Below are positions 1 to 10,248 of a stretch of DNA of 20,000 nt, piece by piece; position 1 is the first letter of the stretch; each line of letters begins with the position of its first letter. The stretch spans positions 2,353,937 through 2,373,936 of the forward strand of contig CAUYUJ010000002.1 of assembly GCA_963575745.1 (NCBI GenBank). The letters run 5' to 3'. The position numbers and the translations under genes are program-made. The DNA is from Prorocentrum cordatum. Its lineage: Eukaryota. Under the pieces are notes generated by a model. The model saw only the letters and a program-made list of their open reading frames with translations. It did not search any database and was not told the DNA's origin.

Positions 1-1118
1 GTCGACTTAAACATCTCCGACGAGCAGCTGAATTGGTGGATTATAAATGCCAGCGAGGCAGCGGCGCTGATGGAGACTGGGGCAGGCCTCTGATGAGCCC
101 ACCGCCCATCGCAGCCAGCGATAGGTTGGCCAATGCGTGTTGCGGCCAGTCGTTCGCGCTCGCGGCCAGCGTCAGGTTGGCCAATGCGAGCGGCTGCTGA
201 TGCAATGCCATCGCACTTTGCGGTAGTGATGTAATAGGTCGGCCGAGGCGCGTGGGAACGCGCGCGCGACCCACCCATGCACGCAAGGTGTGCGGCCCAT
301 TGGACGAACAGTTGCGGGCCCAGTTGGCGCGAGAGCAACTGCTCCAGATGCAGCCCCAGTTGCGGGCCCCAGTTGCGGGCCCACGCCCGAGCGACCCTGG
401 CAAACACGCATCAACAAAACCATAATGGCACCACTGGCCCCTTGCACTAGTCAAGCACATATTGTTTTTTCTGCTATGTGGGGTAAGTGCACCATCACGC
501 AGCTCTCGAGCCAGCCGTGCATGCTATATGTTTTGTTTGCGGCTGATGGCCCACAGGATGAGCATCGCAGGGGGGGGGGGGGGGGTCACACAGGGGTAGC
601 AGCAGTGCAAATGTTCATCCAATGGGCAGCCCCGCAGCGCGCAGTGACATAGGGACTGTAAAATACGTTCTTTTCCTAGCTCGCTCGTGTCGCGGCGGCA
701 TCGGCGACGACCCGCAGCGCGGCTGTGGATGCGACGGCTCGCAGCGCGGTTGCCGTGCCACCATCTAGGGCGCGCCAGCATCATAATGCCGCGCGCGTTC
801 GCAGCTGGGAGCGAAAAAACGTCCTCATCCTCTCCACCTCGCCCCATGCTATCCTGACGTCTCCAGCCCGCCTCCGATCGTCTAGATCACGTACCCTGTC
901 GTACTATCTATGTCTGCATAGACTCCTTAGTATAGTTCGCTCCGTCTTGTATTGAGCCGAGCTGCCTCGTGAACATGTGTCAGTAAAGACGTTTCGGATG
1001 TTCCTGAATGAACCTTGAGATTGTTTCGGAAGGTACGTGGTACTTCGGCTGAGCACCAACATTGTAGATTTCATAGTGATGCCAGTTCGGATCAGCCATA
1101 CCCGACGCAATCTCAGTT

Positions 1119-1152
1119 TGCACTCGATTTTGGAATTCTAAAATCGAGTGCA
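1119..1152. repeat. Near-perfect 34-bp palindrome (TGCACTCGATTTT-G-GAATTC-T-AAAATCGAGTGCA)
   Basis: 13-bp perfect inverted arms, one G/T mismatch and a central GAATTC; read directly. Confidence 0.85.
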
Positions 1153-1430
1153 GGATGATTGACGCAGCACCATTTGCGAAGTTCAGCGTGTAAGATCCGC
1201 AGGATATGATGTGCAGTCGGGGCGCCGAGGTCTGCCTTGGGTCTGGAAATCATGTCGTCTTGGGGCGCATTGGGGACAGCGTCTCGGCCGATTTGGGTTG
1301 CATTGTAGCATATATCTGGCCTATGATAGCAACGACTCGGTGAGCGCGAGCCCCGCGAACGTGAGTTCCAGCAAGAGCGTGAGCTCGACGAGGCGGCCCT
1401 CGATGCTATAGGCGTTGCGGTTCAAGGGCC

Positions 1431-2118
1431 ATGTCGGCAGAGCCACCGCCCCCTGGGCACCCGCCTCCCGAGCGCGGGCCTCCAGCCTGCCCGCGTCCGA
1501 TGAGCTCGACCTCGGATGGGATTCCTGTCAAGAGCCCGCCTCCGAAGGCGAAGCCGCCGCCGCCGAGTGCGCCCAACGGATGCCCGCAGCATCCGCCTGA
1601 GCCTCATAGCCAGGAGGCAGAGAACCGCGTTCACATGGTAGCCCTCCACAACAATGTGAAGACGTTGCACACGACGGTGTGCGGTCTGTGCGAGCATGCG
1701 AACTACTTGCAGAAGAAGGTCGAGACTCTGGAACAGGAGCTTCGCGCTCGAGACCAAGAGCGGGATCAAGAGATCACATCCGCCATCAAGAAGTTCGACG
1801 AGGAAGCGACGGCGAGGGCAAAAAAAAGCGATGCAGGAAGCTAAAGTTCCGGAGATTTCGGCGAAGAAGCAGCCGCAGATGTTCAGCATCGGCCTCACAA
1901 CGGCAGACACATCAACAGTCAAGAAGGGCGAGCCGACGCCAGAGAGCGACCTCAGCGAGAGTTGGGCGGTACCAAACGGAATCACGAATGAGCACGTCGG
2001 GGGCAGCTGCAGCTCTCGCGGGGGGCAAGTCGGCGTCAAGGACAAGTCGAATACAACGCGCGTCGGGGATTGCACCGTCGGCTCCAAGGAGAAGTCGAAG
2101 AAGAAAGGCGGCAAGTGA
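1431..2118 (+). pseudogene. Probable small coiled-coil, Lys-rich hypothetical protein, frameshifted at an A8 run (1820-1827)
   Basis: ORF 1431-1844 has a Pro-rich N-terminus and a heptad-like stretch (YLQKKVETLEQELRARDQERDQEITSAIKKFDEE). Removing one A from the A8 run joins it to the AMQEAKVPEIS...KSKKKGGK* frame ending at 2118. Third codon positions are GC-rich. No family recognised. Confidence 0.4.
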
Positions 2119-2579
2119 GGGCGTGGCTGCTGGCCTTCGCTGCATCGTGCGTTACAGAGCACCACGGCTGATGCAGCGCATAAGCGAATCCGCCTGCCTG
2201 CAGGCGCAGAAAAATCCAGCCCTCTACTCCTCATCCTCGAGCGAACCGCTCTACGTGTCGATGGCACTCTTCCGGTTTCTCGTAACGCGGTGTTCAGCTT
2301 TGCAGTGCCGCATGTTACCCTCGCATGTTAAGTGCTACATGCACAGTCGTGCCACGCGCACTGGCGTCGTATACTTCATCCAGTGCTACGTGCACATATT
2401 ACGTTACGTAAGCAAGCAAGAGGAGCGACATTGTGGACCATGTGGTCAATGATACATGCCTGTATCTCCGCATCTTTTTTCTGCTCAAGCGCGCGGGCTG
2501 GGGTTGCCCCGCGCGCTGAGGCCATCCCGCGCGCGCCCTCCCCGCGCGCTGAGCCCCCGCCCCTCGGCGGGGATTCGCC

Positions 2580-2750
2580 ATGGCGTCCATCGCGGGAATT
2601 GTTCAGGAGATCCAGGACGTATCGCGTCTGATAGAAGTTCGAGGCCGCGGCGAAAAGGCACTCAACGTCTGCGCGAACATGTGCAACAGCATCTGCTTGA
2701 AGATCGCTGGCCTGCAGTGGCAGGCAGGATTTGCGCTTCACCTCACCGAG
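2580..2750 (+). CDS. Exon 1 of a predicted 3-exon hypothetical protein (MASIAGIVQEIQDVSRLIE...FALHLTE)
   Basis: ATG at 2580, 57 codons, then a GAG|GTGA donor; phase-0 join to 2884. Confidence 0.5.
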
Positions 2751-2883
2751 GTGACAAGGTGTCAAAACATGTTGAGGCTCTCTGCATGAGGCTTTGCACG
2801 GAGCCTCGTGCAGTGTCGATTGGAAGGGAAAAAGGGGGGATGCAACAGCCGATACGATCGCATATAAGATCACAATACCATAG

Positions 2884-3255
2884 GTGATCCAGAACAGCGT
2901 TCTGACGGACGCCATGAAGGATGCCCTTCAGGACGCCTGTGACCAACGGTCTACATCCCTCGCGGCGGCGGCTGCGGCGGGGGCCCTCATGCAAGTGCGC
3001 GGCGCTGGTGCGCCCACGCGCGATCAGCTCCTGCGGTGCCCCAACAACTACCTCACGAACAAGGGCTGCATTGCGCTCGAGATTCCTCGAGCCACCTGCG
3101 AGGAGCGCGACGAGATCGTCGTGATCAGGCTCGGCTCGGTTGGCCTTCGCCACGCGAACGAGGACGGGCTGATCAAGTGGGTCATGTGCCTCCTCATTGA
3201 CATCGAGCAGCGGCTCCACGGACACTGGCAGTCGTCCAGCGACATCTACAAGAGG
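2884..3255 (+). CDS. Exon 2 of the predicted hypothetical protein (VIQNSVLTDAMK...SSSDIYKR)
   Basis: Preceded by a TAG acceptor (2881-2883) and followed by a GTAACC donor at 3256. Strong GC3 codon bias stops at 3255, and low-complexity sequence follows. Confidence 0.55.
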
Positions 3256-3885
3256 GTAACCTGTGGGGAAATTCGACGTCCCCCCCCCCCCTCCCTCGGA
3301 CGCCCAGGCCGCAAGAGCTACCAAGAGGCTACCAAGAGGCTACCAAGAAACACAGGATGACAGCCAAGAAGCCACAACCAAGAGCCCCGAGAGAGGATAT
3401 AGATAGACCCAACCATGTCTTACAATGCCCCAGAACTGCCATCAAGATGCATCGCATGACGTGGTTTATGGGGTACCTGGTGGGTACTGTTTGAAGCAAC
3501 GGAGGGACGATACACGATATCCCAGAAGACATCCCATAGCTTTGGGACCCATTGATATATATATATATGTGTGTGTGTGTGAATCTGCCACAGTACGCGT
3601 GCGATGTGTGCCGACATGCGCGTGGCGGGCGCATGAGGTGGTCTTCGGTGGAGTTCAGATGAAACGTGTTCGTTGCGAACGATATGAGCGAAGGATTTGG
3701 GACGACATACCTTGCACCCCCAACGGAACACGTGGCGATGACGACCATGACGACGGAAGGGGTGACGAGGTGGATGAGGAAACGGCTACCGAACGCCACG
3801 ACCCAACAGTCCTGGATGGTTTGCACAGCTTTCTGCTAAATTCGCATTGGGTCGACCTTTATGATCTCTTACCTCGCCCAACGAG

Positions 3886-4926
3886 GTGAAGCGCGTGAAG
3901 TCGTTGTTCACCAACCAGCAGCCCTGGGTGGGCACGTGCACCGATAGGTTCCCCGACGACCCCGTCGGCACGCACTTGATGAGTTTCTACTCGGCGGCAG
4001 ATCCTCCGATCGCGCGGGCCAACCACTCGTGCGCGTACATCAGCCAGCACGTGCCGTTGCGTAGCACCAGCAAGCTGCTCAAGACAGATGACCGCATGCA
4101 TAATGCAGATCGGTCCGACCCAATGCAGCAAGCGCTTGCCACCTGCGTGCAGGCGGTCAGAGCGGCCTCCGCTGCAGCTGCAGCTCCTGGCAATGACCTG
4201 GACCTCACGTACGTGGGCAAGTACGCGCACTTGTCGCCCTCGGGGTCATCGCAGTGGTCGCGCCGTGGAGACTGGGACTCCCAGCAGTCATGGGATTCGT
4301 GGGCGAGCGAGCCCTGGTCGGAGAGCAGCAAGGCTCACTTCAAGCCAAGGCTGGCGATCGACAACGGGCCAGCCTCATCGGCAGCAGCAGCCCCCGCTGC
4401 AGCAGCACCGCCACCAGCAGCAGCAGCAGCAGTCGCACCTGCAGCAGCAGAAGACGAAGATACATCAGCAGATGAGGAAGCTGGCTGGGAGGAGGCCGAG
4501 GGCACTGGCGATCAGACCTCAGAGCAGTACGAGGAAGAGGCATTCACTCGCCTCAAGATGAGGAAGTCAGCAGCTGCTGCCACCAAGACAGGTGCTGCAC
4601 CAGCCGCGAAGAAAAGGCCCGCTGCAGCGGCCCTGCAGGGCGAGGCGAAGACGATCAAATACACGATCAAGTGGGAGAAGGCCGGCAAGAAGAGCACCAA
4701 GAACGCCTTCGCGTCGAGGCACTACGGCAGGGCCACGAAAAAGGCGAAGGAGCAGTTCCCTGGCATCAGCGAGCTCGACCTGAAGGCGACCATTCAGAAG
4801 GTTTACAGGGACGCGGCGGCGCTCTGGTCCAAGCACATGGGCCTTTCGGGCCCGCGCTCGCGCGGGCTCAGAGTTTTTGCGGTGGCCGCAGAGGGCATCT
4901 CGACCTCGTGGCCACCGAAAATTTAG
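3886..4926 (+). CDS. Exon 3 of the predicted hypothetical protein: Ala/Pro and acidic linker, basic helical C-terminal domain; stop codon lies in the first telomeric repeat
   Basis: 346-codon open frame with GC3 bias. An AG acceptor at 3884-3885 gives the in-frame join IYKR|VKRVKSLF. Ends AAA ATT TAG at 4918-4926. Confidence 0.6.
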   Translation: MKRVKSLFTNQQPWVGTCTDRFPDDPVGTHLMSFYSAADPPIARANHSCAYISQHVPLRSTSKLLKTDDRMHNADRSDPMQQALATCVQAVRAASAAAAAPGNDLDLTYVGKYAHLSPSGSSQWSRRGDWDSQQSWDSWASEPWSESSKAHFKPRLAIDNGPASSAAAAPAAAAPPPAAAAAVAPAAAEDEDTSADEEAGWEEAEGTGDQTSEQYEEEAFTRLKMRKSAAAATKTGAAPAAKKRPAAAALQGEAKTIKYTIKWEKAGKKSTKNAFASRHYGRATKKAKEQFPGISELDLKATIQKVYRDAAALWSKHMGLSGPRSRGLRVFAVAAEGISTSWPPKI

Positions 4927-4977
4927 GGTTTAGGGTTTAGGGTTTAGGGTTTAGGGTTTAGGGTTTAGGGTTTAGGG
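4922..4977 (+). repeat. Telomeric repeat tract (TTTAGGG)8
   Basis: Eight perfect units counted. Confidence 0.98.
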
Positions 4978-5730
4978 CCTGCATGGGCGCATGCGCGCGC
5001 TGGCTGCGATCCCCCCCACATCAAGGTTGTTGGGGGGGATCGCTGCCCAAGCCGCGCGCGCTATGAACTTGCACTCCCGCCCCAGACCACCCACAGTAAA
5101 GCCCTTTAGGGTTTAGGGTTTCTCCCCCCAACCCCCCTATCAAGGGGGGCTTTCGTGTTGTGTGCGAATGCGCATATTCCGCGGGGAGCACGACGACGCG
5201 GTCTTGGCATTGCGTTCTTGGTACGCGCGCAAAGCGCTTTGCGCAGGCGCAAGAGCCAGCGTCGTCGCATGGCCAACAATCTTTGCCGTGGGTTTAGCTG
5301 CATTCGGCTGGCTCCCAGTTGGCGCATGGCTTTGCCGAAGGACGGATTCTCCTCCTGCGGGTGTTCATTGCAATCAGAAGGCACAGGAGAGGCCTCAAGG
5401 CCAGGCGTCGCCGCATCAGGTTTTGAGTTGCGGCGTTGGCCTGTCGCAGACGCAGCATTGCCCCTGATTCCAGTGAGCCTCCTGCATTGGCTTTTGCCGT
5501 TGGCCTGGTTGCCCTTGCAGCCGCCGTCGTAGACGGCTGCCGCTGGCGCAGCACATCCACAGGGGTCCGCATTTGCCTTCGGCGTTGGAAAGCAGCACTG
5601 CGAGGGCGCTGGCGCGGCAATCCCATGGGCTCCCGATGGCCTCGAGCGAGTAGCCGCGCCGTCGGGCTCCTCGCTGACAGCGACGCGCACGGCAGTTGCA
5701 TTCGCCCGCGGCTTTGGGTTTTGCTTTGAG

Positions 5731-6795
5731 GTCGCCCCCGCTGAAGCGATTGCAATCATCGACGCAGACGCTGTCGACGCGAGCTTCGGAAGGCGGGAGG
5801 AGGAGCGCGAGGGGGTGGGTCTGGCACCCCCTCGCTACGATGCGCGCGCATGGCTGCGGCAGCACGTCCATGGCAGACCCCCTGGAATGCCTTGGGGGAG
5901 CTCTCTGGGAGCGCTGGGGGAGCGCCTCGACCTTTCCCCAGGATGGAAGCACGTGGGAGCGTCTGGGAGCGCGACAGGACACGCAGAGTGCACCGCGAGC
6001 GCGAGCCGTGAATTGCCCGTTGGGCTTGACCGTTGGCGTCGCCCCCGCTGAAGCGATTGCATTGTCGACGCAGCCGCCTTCGGCGCGAATTTCGCATGGC
6101 TGGAAGGGGGAGCGCGAGGGGGTGGGTCTGGCACCCCCTCGCTACGATGCGCGTGCATGGCTGCTGCAGCACCTCCATGGCAGACTTCTTGGAATACCTT
6201 GGGAGAGCTCTCTGGGAGCGCTGAGAGAGCGCCTCGAGGTTTCCCCAGGATGGAAGCACGTGGGAGCGTCTGGGAGCGTGACAGGACACGCAGAGTGCAC
6301 CGCGAGTGCGGGCCGTGGATTGTCCATTGGGCAGGACCGTTGGCGTCGCCCCCGCTGAAGCGATTGCATTGTCGACGCAGCCGCCTTCGGCGCGAATGTC
6401 GCATGGCTGGAAGGGGGAGCGCGAGGGGGTGGGTCTGGCACCCCCTCGCTACGATGCGCGTGCATGGCTGCTGCAGCACCTCCATGGCAGACTTCTTGGA
6501 ATACCTTGGGAGAGCTCTCTGGGAGCGCTGAGAGAGCGCCTCGAGGTTTCCCCAGGATGGAAGCACGTGGGAGCGTCTGGGAGCGTGACAGGACACGCAG
6601 AGTGCACCGCGAGTGCGGGCCGTGGATTGTCCATTGGGCAGGACCGTTGGCGTCGCCCCCGCTGAAGCGATTGCATTGTCGACGCAGCCGCCTTCGGCGC
6701 GAATGTCGCATGGCTGGAGAGGGAGCGCGAGGGGGTGGGTCTGGCACCCCCTCGCCACGATGCGCGCGCATGGCTGCGGCGGCACCTGCATGGCG
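5731..6795 (+). repeat. 307-bp tandem repeat, 3 full units plus a partial unit
   Basis: The anchor GTCGCCCCCGCTGAAGCGATTGC recurs at 5731, 6038, 6345 and 6652. Confidence 0.93.
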
Positions 6796-6849
6796 GGGGA
6801 GCGCCGGGAAGCGCCGCCAGGGAGCGCTGCCGAGTGCTCGCGAATGCAT

Positions 6850-7925
6850 GGAAACGCTTGGGAGCGCCATGGGACCGCTTGGACTGCTTAAACGCGCTTG
6901 GGTGCGCCGGGGAGCGCTTGGGAGCACCTGTGGGAGCTTGGGAGCGCCTGGAAGCGCATGGGAACGCTTGGGAGCGCTTGGGAGCGTGCTGGGAGCGTGC
7001 TGGGAGCGTGCCGGGAGCGCGCCGGAGCGCTTGGGAGTGCTTCGGAGCGCCCCGGAGCGCTCGGAGGCGCCAGGGAGCGCGTGGGAGCGCGCAGGGAGCG
7101 CCTGAGCAGGCTGGGAGCGCCTGGGAGCGTGCAGGGAGCGCTGGGAGTACCTGGGAGCGCTTGGGAGCGCCAGGGAGCGCCTGGGAGCGCCTGGGGGCGT
7201 GCCGGGAGCGCCTGAGAGCGCCTGGGAGCACCCTCTTCGCTACGTTGCGCGCGCATGGCTGCGGCAGCACGGGAAGCGCCGGGAAGCGCCGCCAGGGAGC
7301 GCTGCCGAGTGCTTGCGAATGCATGAAAACGCTTGGGAGCGCCATGGGACCGCTTGGACTTCTTAAACGCGCTTGGGAACGCCGGGGAGCGCTTGGGACC
7401 ACCTGTGGGAGCTTGGGAGCGCTTGGGAGCGCATGGGAGCGCTTGGGAGCGTGCTGGGAGCGTGCTGGGAGCGTGCCGGGAGCGCCTGGGAGCGCGCCGG
7501 AGCGCCTGGGAGTGCTTCGGAGCGCCCCGGAGCGCTCGGAGGCGCCAGGGAGCGCGTGGGAGCGCGCAGGGAGCGCCTGAGCAGGCTGGGAGCGCCTGGG
7601 AGCGTGCAGGGAGCGCTGGGGAGTACCTGGGAGCGCTTGGGAGCGCCAGGGAGCGCCTGGGAGCGCCTGGGAGCGTGCCGGGAGCGCCTGAGAGCGTCTG
7701 GGAGCGCCATGCGCCTGGGAGCGCTTGGGAGCGTGCCGAAAGCGCCGGGGAGCGCTTGGGAGCGCCTGGGAACGCCTGGGAGCGCTGGGGAGCGCTTGGG
7801 AACGCTTGGGGGCGCCTGGGAGCGCCTGGGAGCGCTTCGGGCGCTTGGGAGCGCCTGGGAACGCTTGGGAACGCTTGGGAGCGCCTGGGAGCGCCTGGGA
7901 GCGCTTGGGAGCACTTGGAGCGTGC
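6850..7925 (+). repeat. Degenerate 10-bp minisatellite GGGAGCGC(C/T)T with a ~475-bp higher-order duplication
   Basis: Dozens of TGGGAGCGCY units; the block GAATGCATG.AAACGCTTGGGAGCGCCATGGGACC occurs at ~6842 and ~7317. Confidence 0.92.
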
Positions 7926-8239
7926 GCCAGCCGAAAGGACGCCGCATGCTGTATTTTGATATGGTTTTCGGCCCCACGGACAGCCGAAAGGGCGCCGCAT
8001 GCTGTATTTTCATAGGTTTCGAGCCCCAGGGGATGGGACCAATCGTAGCGAAGCCTTTGGCTGCGCCTAGGGTTAAGGGTTCTATTCATCTCTCAGAACT
8101 CACGAGGCATCCCCGCGGGGGAGCGCATCCTCCTCAGCGCTACGCGCTTCGTCGGTGCGGCGTGCGCGCATGGGCGGACTCGCTGATCGCTCGGCCAGGC
8201 GCCACGGGCTTCTGACGATGCACCGCCCGTGGCTTGCAG

Positions 8240-8316
8240 TTTAGGGTTTAGGGTTTAGGGTTTAGGGTTTAGGGTTTAGGGTTTAGGGTTTAGGGTTTAG
8301 GGTTTAGGGTTTAGGG
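8240..8316 (+). repeat. Telomeric repeat tract (TTTAGGG)11
   Basis: Eleven perfect units counted. Confidence 0.98.
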
Positions 8317-9806
8317 CCTGCATTGGCGCAAGCGCGCGCTGGCTGCGATCCCCCCCACATCAAGGTTGTTGGGGGGGATCGCTGCCCAAGCCGCGCGCGC
8401 CACGGTTAGTCGCACTCCCGCCCCAGACCACCCAGAGTGAAGCCTTTTAGGGTTTAGGGTTTCTCCCCCCAACCCCCCTATCACGGGGGGCTGTCGAAGT
8501 GGCGCGCGCAGGCGATCGCCGACGCGGCCGTGGCACTGCGCATCCACTTGAGCATGCGCGCAGGGCGCGTGACGTAGGCGCGTCGGCTCGTCTCCTCGTC
8601 GAAGAGGCAGCCTTTAGCGATTTCGGCGTTGAGCTTCGCCGTTGGGCTGCCGCTGGCGCAGCATGTCCATGCGTTGCTGCATGTGCCTTCTGCACTGGGT
8701 TGCGACACTGGGCTGTGAATGTTGGGATGCGCGCGTGCGGCCGCGGCCGTAGCAATGCGCGCCGATGCGAGCACGCGCGCAGGGTGCATGGCGCTGGCGC
8801 GTCAGGTCGCCTCGTCGATGAGGCAGCCGGTTGTACCTTCGGCGTGGAGCTTCGCCGGTGGGCTGCCGCTGGCGCAGCAGTTCCACAGGGGTCCGGCATT
8901 TGCCTTCGGCATTGGGCAGCAGCACTGCGAAGGCGCTGGCGCGGGAATCCCATGGTTCCCCGTGGGCCTGGAGCGAGTGGTTGCGCCGTCGGGCTCCTCG
9001 CTGACGGCGACGCGTACGGCAGTTGCATTCGCCCGCGGCTTTGGGTTTCGCCTTTGGGGTCGCTCCCCCGCTGAAGCGATTGCAATCATCGACGCAGCCG
9101 CCTTCGGCGCGAGCTTCGGACGGCTGGAGGGGGAGCGCGAGGGGGTGGGTCTGGCACCCCCTCGCTACGATGCGCGCGCATGGCTGCGGCAGCACCGCCA
9201 TGGCAGAGCCCGTAGAATTCCTCGGGGGGGCTCTCTGGCAGCGCTGGGAGAGCTGGAGCTTCCCCCTGGGGCCGCCTGGAACCGCCTGGGCAAGCTTGGG
9301 AGCGCGCGGGAGCGCGCGGGAGCGCATGGGAGCGCCGCGTGGCGCCTTGGAGCGCTTGTGGGTGCTTCAGAGCGCGTGGGACTGCTTGTGCGCCTGGGAG
9401 CACCTGGGAGCGCCAGGGAGCGCTTAGGAGCGCTTCGGAGTCGTGGCAGCGCTGGGAACGCTGGAGAGCGCTTGCGAGCGCCTGGGACCGCGCCAGGAGC
9501 GTGCCGGGAGCGCTTGGGAGCGCCTGCGAGCGCCTGGGAAGCGCTTGGGGGCGTGCCGGGAGCGCCTGGGAGCGCTTGGGAGCGCCTGGGAGCGCAGCCA
9601 GCGCGCGCCTGGGAACCCGCCTGGGTGCGTGCCGGGAGCGCCCAGGAGCGCTTGGGAGCGCCTGGGAGCGCTTGGGAGCGCGTGGGAGCGTGCCGAGAGC
9701 GCCTGGGAGCGTGCCGGGAGCGCCTGAGGCGCCGTGGAGCGCTTGGGAGCGTGCCGGGAGCGCCTGGGAAAGCTTGGAAAGCTTGGGAGCGCCTGGGAGC
9801 GCTTGG

Positions 9807-9848
<42 letters not shown>

Positions 9849-10204
9849 ACGCCTGGGAGCGCCTGGGAGCGTGCCGAGAGCGCCTGGAGCGTCTGGAAGC
9901 GCTTGGAGCGCCGCATGCGGTAATTTCATAGGTTTGGAGCACCCAGAGAGCACCGCATGCTGTATTTTCATAGGTTTGGAGCCCCAGGGAAAGCATCGTC
10001 GCAACGGGCACCCACTGGCTAGGGCTGAGGGTTAGGGGTTCCTTTTCTTAGGAGAACACCCCGGGGATGCACCGCGCGGCGTGCGAATTCCTCCTCAGCG
10101 GCTATCGCCGCTTCGTCGGTGCGGCGAACGCCGTATGGGCAGGCTCGCTGAGCGCTCGGCCAGACGCCACGGGCTTCTGACGATGCACCGCCCGTGGCTT
10201 GCAG
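8317..10204 (-). mobile_element. Non-coding module B, diverged relative of module A with the same termini
   Basis: Left cap near-identical to A (hairpin 8345-8382); (TTTAGGG)2 at 8446-8459; right end GCCACGGGCTTCTGACGATGCACCGCCCGTGGCTTGCAG identical to A; partly homologous interior. Confidence 0.7.
9290..9910 (+). repeat. 10-bp minisatellite GGGAGCGC(C/T)T
   Basis: Read directly. Confidence 0.9.
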
Positions 10205-10248
10205 GGTTTAGGGTTTAGGGTTTAGGGTTTAGGGTTTAGGGTTTAGGG
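10203..10248 (+). repeat. Telomeric repeat tract AGGG(TTTAGGG)6
   Basis: Six perfect units at 10207-10248, preceded by a partial unit. Confidence 0.98.

Larger units (their letters stand above)
4978..8239 (-). mobile_element. Non-coding module A1, putative non-autonomous Helitron-like element flanked by telomeric repeats
   Basis: Near-identical second copy at 12913-15865; both ends shared with module B; hairpins at 5006-5043 and 8201-8233; internal (TTTAGGG)2 at 5105-5118. Strand is inferred from the analogous end of the RepHel element. Confidence 0.7.

Noticed and set aside
120..385. Short repeats GGTTGGCCAATGCG (x2) and CAGTTGCGGGCCC (x3) as promoter elements
   Set aside because: The repeats are real, but no linked gene start or other support for a function is visible.
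4540..4840. Basic C-terminus as a DVNP or histone H1-like protein
   Set aside because: Only the Lys/Ala composition is similar; I see no conserved DVNP or H1 core motif.
5106..5759. 217-aa minus-strand ORF repeated at 13041-13694
   Set aside because: It has a non-ATG start, no recognisable motif, and ends in the telomere dimer (NPKP*). Its recurrence reflects module duplication.
5731..6795. CRISPR-like or rDNA-like regular repeats
   Set aside because: The whole 307-bp unit is repeated with no unique spacers, no cas genes are present, and I recognise no 5S, tRNA or spliced-leader sequence.
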